DNA of 64,000 nt from Rotaria socialis. Taxonomy: Eukaryota. A model generated the notes under the pieces. That model saw only the letters and a list, made by a program, of their open reading frames with translations, did not search any database and was not told where the DNA came from. Each line of letters begins with the position of its first letter. Positions within the stretch are counted from its first letter, which is position 1. Shown one piece after another: positions 1 to 14,701 of this stretch. The position numbers and the translations under genes are program-made. The stretch covers positions 124,001 through 188,000 of the forward strand of contig CAJNYD010000225.1 in the NCBI GenBank assembly GCA_905331295.1, in the 5' to 3' direction.

Positions 1-419
1 CACTTTTTTCTGAGTTTAAAGACATACTTTTCATCGAATATAGAATCCAAAGTCACACCATATTCAAGTGTATGTCATTAATAGAAGAACGTGTTTTTCT
101 ATGATTTGTTAACCTACAAACATGTTTCTTTTTATACTCTTCTGTGATAATTAAAAATAAAAGGAGTCCGATAGCTGCGAGTAGAGTGGAAAAGTTGAAA
201 AAAATTTTTTTTATGACGTATTCTGTCCATTTAATATACTAAAACGATCATTACGGGGGAATAAAAGATGAATGTAATTCTTTGCTAATCCAAAGATTTT
301 GGCTTTTTTTCGACATGCTTTTTGTTAGAGATTATTAAGATAAGTAGAATTTTGTCGACAACATGACTATACTATAACATTATCATAAGATTTTATTTAT
401 TCAATTATCATTATCGTAG

Positions 420-980
420 AATCGTTATCGACAAATTCAACACAACAATCTTCACCTCCATCGAATACGCCAACTACTGCATCTACATTCAGTGGAATGT
501 GGGTAGTAGGTCTTCAATTTAAAAATGTTAATAAAGTTCAACTTGATTTAACCGAAGAGATTCGTTTATTTACAAATGTTGTCTATAAAGCTGCTGCTAA
601 CAGTAATATGAATCGGGAGAACCTCAATCTTGACGCACGGTAAAAATCTTTTAAATTATTTTCTCAAATTTATTCATCTCGTGTCTCTTTATTCTAAATT
701 GAATAGTTATATGCGTCGTCGTGATTTACATACTGTTTTACCAAAACATGCTGTATTAACAGCAGCCAGTAGTCCTCGATTATCAAAAGCAATGTCGCTT
801 GACGATAAACTTGATTCAAAATCGAGCACACAATTGAAACTACCAAGATTAAATTCAACTTCATCTGATTCGGTTGTTATTGTTGATTCAGATTTGGAAC
901 CAAAAATAAAACGACAAAAACTTGAAGATGCTAATGAATCATCTACAAAAACATTAGAACCCACTCTTGGTTCGCTTTAA
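420..980 (+). CDS. Poly(A) polymerase (PAPOLA/PAPOLG-like), last two exons (420-639, 707-980); gene starts upstream of the window
   Basis: Spliced translation MWVVGLQFKNVNKVQLDLTEEIRLFTNVVYKAAANSNMNRENLNLDAR/YMRRRDLHTVLPKH resembles the RNA-binding domain of canonical poly(A) polymerase (MWVIGL..DLTYDIQSFTDTVY..HVKRKQLHQLLP). It is followed by an S/T-rich tail with a basic KIKRQK segment. GT-AG intron at 640-706. Confidence 0.85.
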
Positions 981-2868
981 TTTTGAGAAGCCTTTGAATT
1001 AATACTCTAACTGAGTATTATACTATTTCATTTCTGTCATTTGATGTATTCTCTTTGTTGGTTTGTTTGTTTATCTTTTCTATCTTGCTTCTCATTTTCT
1101 ATTCCACGTTTTTTTTCTGCTTTGTTTCCTTTCCATTAACTCATAAAAAAGAAAAAGAAGCAAAAAAAAGTTTTCTCTGCTCATCTTCTATGCCCTGTCG
1201 ATTCAAATTATTCGCTTTTTTTGCTTCTTCTATCTCTGTATTTTTTTTCATGGCTCATTTACTGTATATATACGTGCTTGAAGTACATACAGCGCAAAAA
1301 ATGAGCTCAAAAAAATTATAAAATCGTTCAGTAAAGTTTAACAAAAAAAAATAAATAAAACAAATGCAGATATGTAGAAAAATGTTTTTCTTTCATTTTC
1401 TTGTAAAAAGAATCAGAGTATATATTGAACTATCGGAAATTGCTGATTTCGTTTACTCGATGTTGATTGAATGTTGTGTAAAAAGTATCAATAAAAGTCT
1501 TTGACTCCAATGGTTCAGACAAGCAAAAAAACGTAGCTTGCAACTGATAAATTTCGATTTTTCCACCAGAAAATAATGAAATTGATTACTTTCTAATAAT
1601 ATTTGTTTGTTTTTCGTCATTGAACAGAATAACAAACATGTTCTTGACAGAGAACATTTGTTTTTTGATTATTAGAATAGCTTGTGATTGTCATGGATTC
1701 AAATCAGTTATTTTCGTCTTGTTTAAAAATTGATTTCAAAATACAAGTTCATATTCAAGTTTTTAATTAGTATTCATTTTGCTAAACTGTCGCAGAACAA
1801 TCATTGACTTTGCTATCATATCATTTTAAAAATTTATGTACCATCACAAAAAACAGCAATCTATTTTTGATTAGACGAAAACTGTAAAAGAAAACATGAG
1901 CTTCTAGAACATTTAAATTGATATATTTTGATCAATAAATTGGCATCATAGAAAATTAAACAAAGTGAAGTAATAAATAATTGGATAAAGTAACAAGTAT
2001 ATAATGACCAAGTATAATTATATTATTTGCATGTATAAAGACGAAGAATATCCGAAATCTATCGAACTATTATCATCTGATTGTGAAGCATTCAATTATT
2101 TCTTTCATTTTTATTAATTACGTGTTATTGATTGGGAAAATGCAGTTTACATATTTCCACTAAATCATTGTAATAAGACAACTTATAAAATTGATTTACT
2201 GTAATTATTAAATTTTTTAGATCCCGTTGAAGTGACTGTTATATCATAGCTATGAACAAACGACTCTAAAGATTTTAACTTAGAACACTGAATATTAAAT
2301 AGAATCTTTGATTAACTTGAATTTTGTTTGACAGTAACGATTCAAACAATTGAGTATCTTGAAATCCAAGAAATATTATCAGTTCCTATCTTCAACTATC
2401 TCAATTTGATGTTGATTTTCTTCATTGAAATATTTAAGCGAGTTTTTCGCTAGAAAACTAGAATGGGTTTATGTAATTAACTACGCATTTTCTTTTCTAC
2501 ATAGATCAAAATGATTTGTTGTACCGACACATCTATCTGATGTAGCCATAATCCAGATGTTATTGTTTGAGATGATAGATTTCCTTGCAGGATTCACTGA
2601 AATGCTGCTTGCTACAAGAGATTTTCAGAGTTGCAAAAAGCTTTCTAAACGATTTTCTTTCATGCTTTCTTTGCTGGTATTTCTACTATTTTGCTATCAG
2701 CCTACGGATATTACATTAGTTGTTATTACTTTTTATTAAAACGAAATGCTATATTAAATCGAAAGATATAGAAATTCACAACACCGGTTAACATCACAAA
2801 AAAAGAAATGGAAAAATATTTAAACGATACCTCGTTAAAAAATATATTTTTTTTAATAATATCGAAAA

Positions 2869-5800
2869 TTAATGCTGTTCAAATTGAGTAGCAATACAAA
2901 TAAAAAATAATTCGAGGCTGTCTAATAATTTCTGATTAAGACTTGTAGTACTGACAATATTTTCAACATTAGTTTGTTGTTTCTTATCTTGATAGTTTGC
3001 TTTTTTAGATATTAGAAATAAACGTAGTTGATCGTAATCTACTGTTAATGTTTTAAGTTCATTTGTATCAGGCAATGGAGAATGAGTAAGAAAATGTATT
3101 ATACAATAGACTAACAAACGACCTTTATCAGTAACAGCAAATCGACGAATGTAAGCAAACATCTTCGCAAGTAATTCGATTGTACCACGTTGAGGCTATA
3201 AATGAATAAATGTTTCAAAAGAACAAATGGTAAAAATCATTTAGTTACTTTATGTAATTTTTCTAAAATCACTAATGGTTGTCGAACATTTGCTTCAGTA
3301 AATAATTCAAAATTCTCTTTTGCAATTACAGGATTCTGAAATGAATGAATGTATTCTTTAGCAAACAATGATCAATTTTATTAATTACTTTTAATAACCT
3401 TAGCCATGTCCACAAAACTGCACTGATAATACATGGATCTGTTTCTTCAAAAATTTCATCAACACCATTATTTATTTTATTTATTTTTTGTTTCAATGCT
3501 AACACTTTCAGTTGTTGCTCTGATGTGAGAAAATCTTCTTGAATAGACAATATCATGCAATTAATTATCTGCTTATATGGGCTAAAATCACTATGGGACA
3601 GACGCTCGTGTTCATAAAAAAATGACGGTGCAAAATCCAACCATGTCGCTTTTTCTTCTGCAGTTAAGGTTTGAAGATTTTCACGAACAAACACTGGCTT
3701 GTCCTTTACTCGACGATTCAGGGTGAGTAAGATCGTGTCAATCCTATAGCCTATACATAATTCGATTAAACGAGCAGCACATACAAACAATACCTAAACA
3801 AAAATCATACATGAATTCAATTGAAATATGAACTGTTCTCATGAAAAATTTACTACTTTGAGTTGACATTCGATGGTTGAAAAACAAAAGCTAAGCCTAT
3901 CATATAATATTGAATCAGACAAAAAACAATAGTGAACTATCCTCTGATCGGTAATCTACTATGAATATATCGTCAGTTATCTAAATAGACATGAAACATT
4001 AGCTATGGCTATCTGAAATATAACTGTTCTTTCGTAGGTTTCAGTAGAAAATCGGATATGTCAATTGAAACCATCGTATAACATCTACACATATTGTATG
4101 CAGATTGTGACAGCCATAGAAGAGTTAGTTATATTCCTATCTATGCTCAGTTTGTGACTGACGCAATCGGACACACGAATGATGTTGAAACCATTGTGAG
4201 TGATGCGTCGTTATAGATAGTTCATCCTTCTGTGTTTCACGTTTGCATACCGTCAATTGGTCTATCGCTTGATGTGATGAATCTACGATGGCTGTCTTCG
4301 ATTCTAAATACACATATCATTCTCTCCCTCTCTATCCTTTCCTTCTTGACGTTACTGTTCTCTCTTTCTCCTCTCTCTTGTGATCGACTATATAAACGTC
4401 TACTTTGTATGTAAACGGTGCGATTTGTGATATGAAGAAACTAAATAAAGCGTAGTTCCATCAGCGCAAGCATCTCTTGTATCTAAAACCGTCACACAGA
4501 TATTTATATAAATATATGTATACAACGAATCATCGTCGATAAAGTCCTTGATATAACTATAGCAGAAATATTTGTAAAAATTCTAACACTTAGAAATCTC
4601 TTATTGAAAAGGTTTTGTTAGAAAACAAAAATAGTCTTACTCTTGGAATCCATTTGTAAATAAATGCATCACGGCCATGAATAAAAGCTTGTTGATTTTT
4701 TAAATGCACATCCAATAGAAGTTCATCATTTACATCAGCACTAAAAAAGAATTCAATATAAAGTAAATAAAACATCAAAACACCTGAAAATACAAACCAA
4801 TCAGTAAAAACTATTCGTTTCGGAATTAGAAACTGTTCATATTCTTCTACCACTGGATAAAATTGAATAAAAACCTTATTATCTTCCAATATTATCATTA
4901 ATTTGTCATTCTATACCTTCAATTTGTTTTGTCATTTGTACACTACCGGGTCGTCTTGCGCGAATATAATGTATTGAGTTATGAGCAGTCATACGATATT
5001 CATGTACAAGATATGAACAAATAACAAAACCTGTACGACCAAGACCAGCATGACAATGTACTGCAATCTATGAATATATTATTGAATTCTTTGTTCAAAA
5101 ACAAAAACAAAATGACACACATACCTTTCCTTGCTTCATCGCAAAACTCATCACTTTCATAATATCAAGTATTGTTTCGACTTTAACTGTTCCGTAATCT
5201 TCCATAGCATAGTTATAAATAAAAACTTTTTAAATCAAAAAAGGAACAGTCGATTAATTAAATATAATTTAGCTATAATTCGATCTTACTCCCCAAACTC
5301 ATGAACTCAGTTGGGTCGTAAGCATAGCCTGATGAATGATTGCCATGTCCACAATGAATATGCTCATCAGGTGTTTCCAAATTAAATATAGCACGAATAC
5401 CAGCTCTAAAATTAAATGGAACATAAATAAAAAATATGTTTAATCTGAAAAGAGACGTTACTCATAAAATAGTTTCTTCAAATCACTATGACGACTAGTA
5501 GGACGGGAACATGCTAAAATATTATCAGTTATCCTGAATAAATGACCTTCTTTTAAATCACTATTTTCAAAATTAGAAAATCTTTACCAATTCGAATAGA
5601 TTCCATTAATAGCCATTTGTTCTGGACGCCAATAATCAGATCTTTCATATTTACAATTAGCACCTCGACAACCTAAATTCGATCTTACAAGATATGGCAA
5701 TCAATCAAATATATTTACCGAATCGACAAGCAGTTCGTTCTGATACTAATTTTTTAACAGCTTGAGATAATACTGAATAAGCTCCTTGTGGAGCTGACTT

Positions 5801-6091
5801 AGGTGAATCAAAATCAATCAACCATTTTTCACTAGTACTTTTACTTTGTTGGATGGCTAAACCAGGATCATTAAAAGGTCGTATAACTTCAGTTTCATGA
5901 TGATTATTTTGATTTTGAGCACTGCTATAAGAATTCAATGAAGACATATTCTCTGGCGTCGAATCGACAATTAATGTTGTTGTATGTTGTGAAATTCTAT
6001 TGTGAAATGTAAGTGCTGCTGTATTAGCAGTTAAAGTTGAATCGTTTTCTTCATGATCGTCATTTATTTCAGTTGATGTTAATGTTGCCAT
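2869..6091 (-). CDS. PTPDC1: Protein tyrosine phosphatase domain-containing protein 1, multi-exon
   Basis: Minus-strand exons give [50 protein letters not shown], and the catalytic loop [13 protein letters not shown] (~5030-5067), followed by [10 protein letters not shown]. These are typical of PTPDC1. Last exon ends at the stop at 2869. Confidence 0.88.
4153..4496 (+). mobile_element. Solo LTR (344 bp) in a PTPDC1 intron
   Basis: Begins TGTGAC and ends GTCACA (6-bp inverted termini). Internal TATATAAA (~4389) is followed by AATAAA (~4444). Flanks are CAGTT/CAGAT, a 5-bp TSD with one mismatch. Confidence 0.75.
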
Positions 6092-8075
6092 ATTTTGAAT
6101 GAACTTTTTTGTATCAATAATAAATGTAAAAATAAAACAAAATCATAATAATCTAAAAATAAAACAAAATATTATATGATTTATAAATATAGAAATTAAT
6201 ATGGAATCATATTACATCTAATATTTAGCTACTGTGCCACATAGAGATAATTCAAATCATTGTTTTCTGTAAAAGTTCATTCAATGAAACGAATTTACAA
6301 ACGCTTAAAATTTTCATATTTTATTACACGTTGAAAATAAGTTTTCATATAACATGTGAAGCAAATGAAAAAAAGATAGGTTTCATTTTTCAAAATCTAA
6401 TTTAGACTTCTCTCATCATAGAAGAATTCTAAGTGTGACTTGTCAACCCACAACTACTATGTTAACGATAAGTAAATTTCATTAACTTTCCGAAAGTTGA
6501 TTCCAAATAGATATATCATTCTCAGCATATGGAACAATACAAATCTTTCTTACCATTTCGTGTAACTCGTAATTGACTTTCAATGTTTAAAACCTTGAAA
6601 AGAACATATCTCTCAGGCTGGAAAGTTTTAAGGCATGCTTAAATTCATGAAATTTACTCATTGTTGAAACTCCAATATACGGCAAGAATTACATTTTCTT
6701 ATAATTTATATAGTTATGTTAAATTTCGGAAGTTTTTCGACAGAAGTCTAAAAATTATTTGTTTTTATTTAGTGAAACAAATCATTCATTGCGCTATTGA
6801 ACCATAGGATTATCAATTCTATGATGTTCTAGTAGGTTTTCTTGTGTGTGTAGAAATAACTAGCATTGCCACTACTCCTGTAAATAGGTTAACTTTGTAT
6901 GAGATGCATTTATTACTTTTTGTTAGCAAATGTGATGAACATTAAAACGACGTTCGTTTGAGACTTTCTTTTTTTTTTTATCAAACTTACTATTTGCTCT
7001 TTAGTAAACACTAATTGTTTAAAAACATTGTTAAAACCAATAGATGAATTGATGACTCTATTGATTCATCTTATTTTAGCTCAATCTTTGTGGTATAATA
7101 AAAAGCAATTTTCGAGCCGCAAAACAAAAATCAGATCTATTTTATTCGATATTTTTTTCTGTTAAAATTTGGGAGATCTAGTTTATTCAGGAGAATCTTC
7201 ATGATTTCGAAATAATACTATAATAAACTATCATTATAGAATCGTGATATTTCCTTGAATCTGAAGAAGTTACTTCTCTATTCAATTTTATTAAAATAGA
7301 AGATGTCAAATATTCGTCGACAATATTAAAAATGATATTACCAATTCTTATTTTTTTTCAAAAATAAAAAATTCTAACATAAACTTGTAGTTAAAAATAG
7401 AAATCGTAGTCTCATGAATAAATCATCTGATTTAATATGCACCACTTGAACTGATGTCAAACACACGAAAACATTTTGATGAGATTAGCAAAAGTTTAAA
7501 AGTGTTACTTCTTGTCTGAGCTTTGGAAAGTGAGTTATCATCGTTTAACTGAAATCTTATCCATAGTTAAGTCAGATAATCTTTCAAAACTATCGAAAGG
7601 GAAAGTCGAAATAATACTTTTTTTTCTGTCAAGATGTTGCAAGTTCTAATGAATTCAATCTTTGTGTGGTGTCCACCATTGCAAGGTGACAGTATTTTTA
7701 GAAATTAGACATCACAGCGACAGAAAACTATTTTCGGATGAAAAGTTATTCATTTTTAAGATTTTTTATACTTGAACATAAGTTAAGGTTCGAGTAGAAA
7801 TTTCTTGATTTGACTTTTCGAAAAATATTGAAAAATCACTAAAAACGATAATAACTCAACTCTGGTTCTGTTAAGAAAGAGTGCTTTCATAACCTTTTCT
7901 TTTCTTGTCTAACCTAAGATGTTTCTATATGGACGACAACGATGAATATCAATTCTAATGATTCTTTGATCATGAATAGAACTTATACACTATGCTACAT
8001 ATCTTATTTGTCGATTCCGTCATATTTTAATTTATATGCAATCTACTCAGCAGAGTAGTTCATAAATATGTAGCG

Positions 8076-8496
8076 CAAGGGGGAAAAGGCGGATTTGGGA
8101 TTTTGGAAATACCAAAATCCAAAACGTGAATGATGGAATTTCCATCTGAATTTTTTCCCATATGTAAGTTTCATGATTCTTAGAATATTCTAAAATTTTT
8201 GAGCACAAACAGACGTTTTCTTCTCAAGATAATGAATGCGCAAGAAATACTCATTTCACGGCACGGTGAGAAAATCCAGTTTTTTTGAAAATGCAATATT
8301 TTAAGATGGAAACTTTTATTCGAGTTGAAACTTTTAGGATCTTTTATGGACCATGAAACCTATATATGGAAAGAAGTTCAGGTCGAAACTACGTCATTCA
8401 CAGAGGAAAAAATGCTTTTCGATTTATGGGATTCCTTTGGGATTTTCTTGGGATTTTAGGATTTTGAAAATCCCAAAAATCCGCTTTTCCCCCTTG
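8076..8496. mobile_element. Non-autonomous DNA transposon (MITE) with 8-bp TSD, P- or hAT-like
   Basis: TIR CAAGGGGGAAAAGGCGGATTTGGGATTTT ... AAAATCCCAAAAATCCGCTTTTCCCCCTTG. Perfect TSD ATGTAGCG at 8068-8075 and 8497-8504. Additional internal inverted segment (~8127-8180 vs ~8350-8401). Confidence 0.85.
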
Positions 8497-9038
8497 ATGT
8501 AGCGCATAGACAAGTATACTTTCATGTACACGATGTTTCACTTGCAAAATTAATATGAATTTAACGACTTAACTAATTGTCAATTCTCTCGTACATTCTA
8601 AAGTAGAGTGAAAATCAAATGCTCATCAACTGTTCACAGAATGCAACATACTTGCAAAATCCAGGTTGATAATGTGCCAACAAATTTTTGAATATTCACT
8701 AAAAATTTATAATATAATAATTGAAGAATAATATCAATTCTGCTTCTAACAACAACTCTTTGCGTATCAATTTACTGAGTCATAATTGATACCATAATGA
8801 TTAATACTTCTATTGAAACACCCTCCTTGATTTAATGAAAGTATAGCGACATTTCAATCAATGTTCATGGAATATTTTGATTGGCTCTTGTTAGATCAAA
8901 TAATTATTTGACAACAGTTGTCATCATCATCAAATTTATTCAGGTTCATGCCACGACATTTACTCTCAGTCAATTAACAAAGTTCCATATTATTCTCATA
9001 TCGATTAGCATATTGTTCAAGTTACACTAACTGAAATT

Positions 9039-9769
9039 ATGCAACTCTTATTAAATTCAGTACTTTCTATTGTCATCTTATGTACTTTATCATGTGTACA
9101 ATCAAAAAAAATAGCCGATGAACAACATTGTGAAGGTAAGAAACAGATAATATTTTATATTTATTCTTCAGTTGAATGTTACTTTTTTAAAAAACTAGTA
9201 TGTATAAAAACTATCAGTACATTTGCTGATACACTATCTGATGAAGACAAAGCTAGTGCAGAAAAAATCGAAAAAACATTTAAAACCTATTGTAGTAATG
9301 TAAAAGTTGATTCAAAAGAACATCGATTGGTAAATATTAAACTTGTTTTCTTTTAAATTTAATATCTATAAATCTATTTAGTGCTATTATATTGGAGCAT
9401 TAGCAACATCGGCTACATACTCTATTGGTGATCTATCTAAACCACTCTCATGGGGTATACCTGCAGATAAAATTTGTCGAGAAAGACTTGCTAAAACCAA
9501 TCCACAAATTTGTGATTTAAAATACGGTAACTATCAATACAAGCTATTTGCTTTGTTAGAATTCAATTTTCTTTTATTTTTTAGAAAAACAAATCGATGT
9601 AAATGCTGTGGATTTAAATAAGCTTAAAGTAAAAGATTTGAAGAAGATTTTAACTGATTGGGGTGAAGCTGCTGATTTCATTGAAAAATCCGAATTTATT
9701 AAGCGTATCAATGAAGTTAAAGATAAATATATCAAATCAACAACTGATAAAAATAAAAAAGATTTGTGA
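9039..9769 (+). CDS. MANF: MANF/CDNF (ARMET) family ER protein, 4 exons
   Basis: Signal peptide, then CEVC...KEHRLCYYIGA..TSAT...[15 protein letters not shown]...[14 protein letters not shown]...[17 protein letters not shown], ending in the ER-retention-like signal KKDL and a stop. Confidence 0.93.
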
Positions 9770-11978
9770 TAGTCAGTCAATTTACCATTATTTTATATTA
9801 ACTATCTTCGCGTTTCTTTTTCTCCTCGTATCTAGTGTTACTATATGAATGATCAAGTCTCTTTTCACTGTTCTTGTTTTGCGTTCGAATTCTGTGAAAA
9901 AAAGTCAAATAGTTGTCATTTTAATAGTGTTAATTATGTTCAATTGCACTTCGCTATTTGAATATATATTCTTTGTTACATTCGGCTTGTATTACACTTA
10001 AAAAAGATTCTCAAAAGCTTTTGTGTTATTATGTGCTGCGATCAATTTCATTTAAATGTATGGCGTCGATGTTTGATTGAATTAGAAATGTTGAAATCTC
10101 AGAGTCAATTTATAAAGAAAAATATGCATGGATAATTCTCTTAATGATGATCTATTATTTCCTTCATCTTGTTGTACAAAAATTCATGATAGTAGTCAAG
10201 TAAGGTATACAATGAATGGAATGATAGTCGACAAAAATTTGGCCACGCATGTGACGAACATTGAATGCAGGAGAGTATGGAACTCTGTACTTTAAAAATT
10301 GTTGTTGCTCATTTGAGATTTTAAATTCAGTACAAAGCAGTTAAATTTAATTTAAAATAACACATTATTTTATCATTCAATATGATTCATTTTTTTGACG
10401 AAAATGTTTTTGGTATACATCAAACTTTAAATATCAATATAAAAGATAGTAAAAATATGCTTAGAAACCAAACTATTCAGGATGACTTTTTATAAAAAAA
10501 AAGTGAGAAACGATTATATGTTAAATCATAATCTGAAATGAACAATAACGAATATTACTAAATAAAATGATAACTTGTGTACAAATGAATTACGGCATTA
10601 TTTATAGCTGTTGAAATCTGCCATATTGAACTGAGCTCTTGTCATTATATTGATATTAAGAAAAGTCTGAGATTCTTGAATTAAAAATGATTATCTTGTT
10701 TTTATCAATCATTCTGAAAAAAAAAGAGGAATACCTGTAAGCGATTGCCCACAAATGAAGAAAAAAAAGGGTTGATTTGATAATATCAAGTTAGTACTGA
10801 TAATTCTATCTATCTTACTATTGGTACTAACAATGTCAGTCAATTATTTTCTTTTTTGTTTTGAAAAGTTTCTATAAATTCTGTTCTATAATGAAACCAT
10901 TTACTCTTACCATGATTGACGATGATGACTTCTTTGAAACGAGAACAATGAAAAACCTATTTGAAACAATGCGTCATTCTTTCACACATTTTCCGATGTT
11001 ATAAGCAATGTCAAATTTAGTTCCACTATAATTTTAAATCGTATTCTTCACCGAAAGTGTCTGCCATTTGGCAGTTTTTATTTTTACCGAATGGCCACAG
11101 TAGGTGGTCTAGTAAGTGAGAATCTTTAGCTCTTCTGCCTAAAGCATTGCGCTAGACAGATGAACAGGAAAGAGAGAAAAAAACGCTTGTGGCAATCGCT
11201 CAATTAATGCAACTTGTTCGTCGGCATTGTCATCTGAGAATCTATGGTCAGTCGGTAGCACCCTAACGAGCACAAAGTCTGCTCGAATAATTCAACGAAC
11301 ATAAGCATTAAGATATCATTCTTTTAGTTAAGAACAAGATTTTTTTTTTCTGCTCGTATTTTTTCTTCTTCTTTTTCTAAAAAGCATGTTTGTGTTCTAT
11401 TGCTATACTATCAACCAATACCAACTACTCTTTCTCTTTCAATAATTTTCCATTGGACGACAAAATAACAGAGAAAAAAAGAAACCGAACTAGAGAGTAG
11501 GAGAAAAAAAGGGAGAAGGAAGAAATGCATCGATTCTCAAGAGCCTTGTGAGCTATGCCGTTCGTGAGTATAAGTGAGTGGGAACAACATTAGCTTAATG
11601 GAAGTAAATTTCATTCGTTAGCTGAAGCTCTTGCGACTTCTCTTCTTTCCTAACGAAGTTGTCTCCTTCGTTTCGCATTCGAGTAGTCATCGGACATGTA
11701 GTTTATACATTTTATCTGCCTTCGTCAATTATTTATTACTCTTCTTCTATCCTATATAATCAGTATAAGTGTTGATTTGTCGTCTAACAAAATTAGTCAC
11801 CTCAAATTAAGAGTCCTAGAAAACTATATAATTCTATAATGATTATTATATAAGGAGAAAGAGAAACGAGTAAATCATATTTCAACCGCTCATTCACTTT
11901 TCTCTTTACCAAGATAATAATCATTATCAATGAATAACAAATAATTCAATTTAGAACAACCATATATACACAAGCAAA

Positions 11979-13586
11979 ATGTCTACTTTAACCAATAATA
12001 ATAGAAATCGAATCTCATCTTCATCTAATAATACAACCTTTTCTCAATCGTCATCAGCATTTATTAACAATAATGAGACTAATAATACAACAAATGATGC
12101 TGATATATCATCATCAACAACATCGACATCAACTACACTTGGACTAACGGGAATGGGTTTGACTGTTGGAACAGCCAATAATGCATCGTCGAATTCATCC
12201 AATACAGAATGTGATTCAAAACGTAATTTATCATCAAAACTTGATGATCATTATGCTAGTTTTTATGCTCTAAATCGAACATTACCTCCACCACCACTAC
12301 CACCACCAGCATCTTCAGCAGGGACATCTCCATTTAATATTATTAATCAATCATCAAATAATAATTTGCAATTTGTTACTAATTCAACAGGTTGATTATT
12401 TTTATTGTTAATGTTATTGAAACGAATTTTATGCCATAACATTTCTTCTTTTTAGGTCATTCTGATAGTGGAGCATTTAAAAAAATAAAACATGAATCTC
12501 TTTTATTAAATACTCATCCATATCATCAACTTCAATCATATAATCCTCATTATCATCAAATATCTTCTCTTTCATCCAATAATGCAAATAATCTTTCTCC
12601 AGCTCATTCATCAAATTCAAGTCAATCTTCTCATCATTCATTATCAAATCCTGCTAGTCAATGTCCAACACCAGCACGACGTCGACATCGAACAACATTT
12701 ACACAAGAACAATTAGCTGAACTTGAATCAGCATTCGGAAAAAGTCATTATCCAGATATATATTGTCGAGAAGAATTAGCCCGAGTTACAAAACTAAATG
12801 AAGCTCGCATTCAGGTTTGTGATGATCAAAAAAAAACTATATTGAACATGTTGTCGTATGATTGACAAGCATAAGAGGAAATGTCGGATGCAGCATCGAA
12901 CATAGACAGACCGAAGCGAATGCTCGCGCTTATATATAGTCTCATAATTGAATCATGCAGGCACACTCCGTTGTCGCGTAAGAATAGATTTCTAATGAGT
13001 ATGTGCAGTCGAGCGACAAGAAACTACATCAATACACGCGAGAAAAAGACAAGGCGTCTTGTCGATTAGCTCGTGCATTTACAATCGAAAGAGTTTGATT
13101 GAAAAATATAGACAAATAAAAATTCATGATCGTCTCTTTCTTTTAATTTTGAATAGGTTTGGTTTCAAAATCGAAGAGCTAAATATCGTAAACAAGAAAA
13201 GCAATTACAAAAAGCTCTATCACCGGTTCTATCACCGTGTAATGCTATGATGAGAAATTTTTATCAAACATCCACGGGACGACCCTATCAATATGCAACA
13301 ACAGGATCATCAGCAAGCGGAACAAATAATGTTATATCGAATCAGATTCGTTATACACCAGCGGCTGTTGCTTATTCACAATTTTCACCACTCACAGCTG
13401 CCGGTATTAGACAGGTTCGCTATTTTCTAAAGAAAATTATCATTCTTTTTTTTAAACATTGTTTTTTTTTTTCTTTTTTCTTGTTTCTAGGACAACTCAT
13501 TACCTTTTCAAGATACTGATTGGTATAATAAAAGTTTATCATCATTTCGTGTTGATCATACATCAATGCTTCACTATCCAGCTTGA
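11979..13586 (+). CDS. Paired-class (Q50) homeobox gene, Prop/unc-42 family, copy 1 (exons 11979-12390, 12456-12814, 13157-13414, 13491-13586)
   Basis: Homeodomain [67 protein letters not shown], with the intron at the usual IQ|VWF position. C-terminal DWYNKSL motif. Confidence 0.9.
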
Positions 13587-13598
13587 ACAGTGTGCGAC

Positions 13599-13624
13599 TG
13601 TGTGTGTGTGTGTGTGTGTGTGTG
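13599..13624. repeat. (TG)n microsatellite in the 3' UTR of Prop copy 1
   Basis: Visible TG dinucleotide run. Confidence 0.9.
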
Positions 13625-14701
13625 CATATCTATCTTACCTTTTTACAGTGAAAATATTCCCTTTTTTTTCGTGTTTATGTATGTGCCATTTTTCTCTATG
13701 AATAAAATACGAAGCAGAGAGAAAAAAAGAGATTTTTCGTTTCTTTTTTCTTTTTCTTCTTCTTCTTCTTCTGCTTATGACTTAGTTAATTTCGTTGTTA
13801 TAATAATAAGTAATTTAATATTAATATTCACTGTGAAAGAACTGTGAACTATTTCAATACAAAAGTCATAATTTAGCATTAATTATATTAGTTTTTGTTG
13901 AATACATGAAAGATTATATGATGGTTTATTATTTGGAATATTTTTTATTCTCAGCTAAGAAAAACATCAGAAGTCGCGTGAAAGTATTTTCTTCTACTAT
14001 GTTCTCACTTAGCAATGTATGTGTAAGTTAAACAAGGGTAATCAAATTTTGAGACAGTTCAAAAATCTAATTTTGTGCCACTACATCCTTCCCATTGACA
14101 GAATGCAAAAAGAAAAAAGAAAAGGCGCCAATAATAACTGAAAACATAAGCTATGCAGAGTCTAGCATTTTTTAACAATCCTCTATAGTCATCTAAATTT
14201 AATCTAATCCATGTGTAACGTCATTTCATTGTGGTAAATTTTTGTTGGGCAAATAATTCAAACTACATACATATCAGACGACGATTAAAATATCAGCTAT
14301 TTTTCAATTATTAAACATTTTTCTTTGAATTTATAATTGTCTACCGCTTCTTTCCGACAAAATAACAATCGACAGTTGATTGTCTGCTTTTTTTTTCTTC
14401 TTCTTTGTCTTCTGCTTTGTGTATATGTGGAAGCGTGCGAGATCAAAATGGTGAATGAAACATCTCGCCGATTGGTTGTTGATCATCTTGTTGAGCAGTG
14501 CACATCATTTAAACAACCATTCATCTTTTTTCTTCGTTTTTTTTCTTCTTCTTGTCACTTCTCGTTTCCTCCCACGCAACTTTATTTTTCCATCCTACTC
14601 ATTCAACGACAAATACTTGAGTGATCTGACCGATAAAAAAAAGAAAGAAGACGATCTTGTGGAAGGATAAGCCAACTACAATAAAAAAAAAAACTCATAG
14701 A

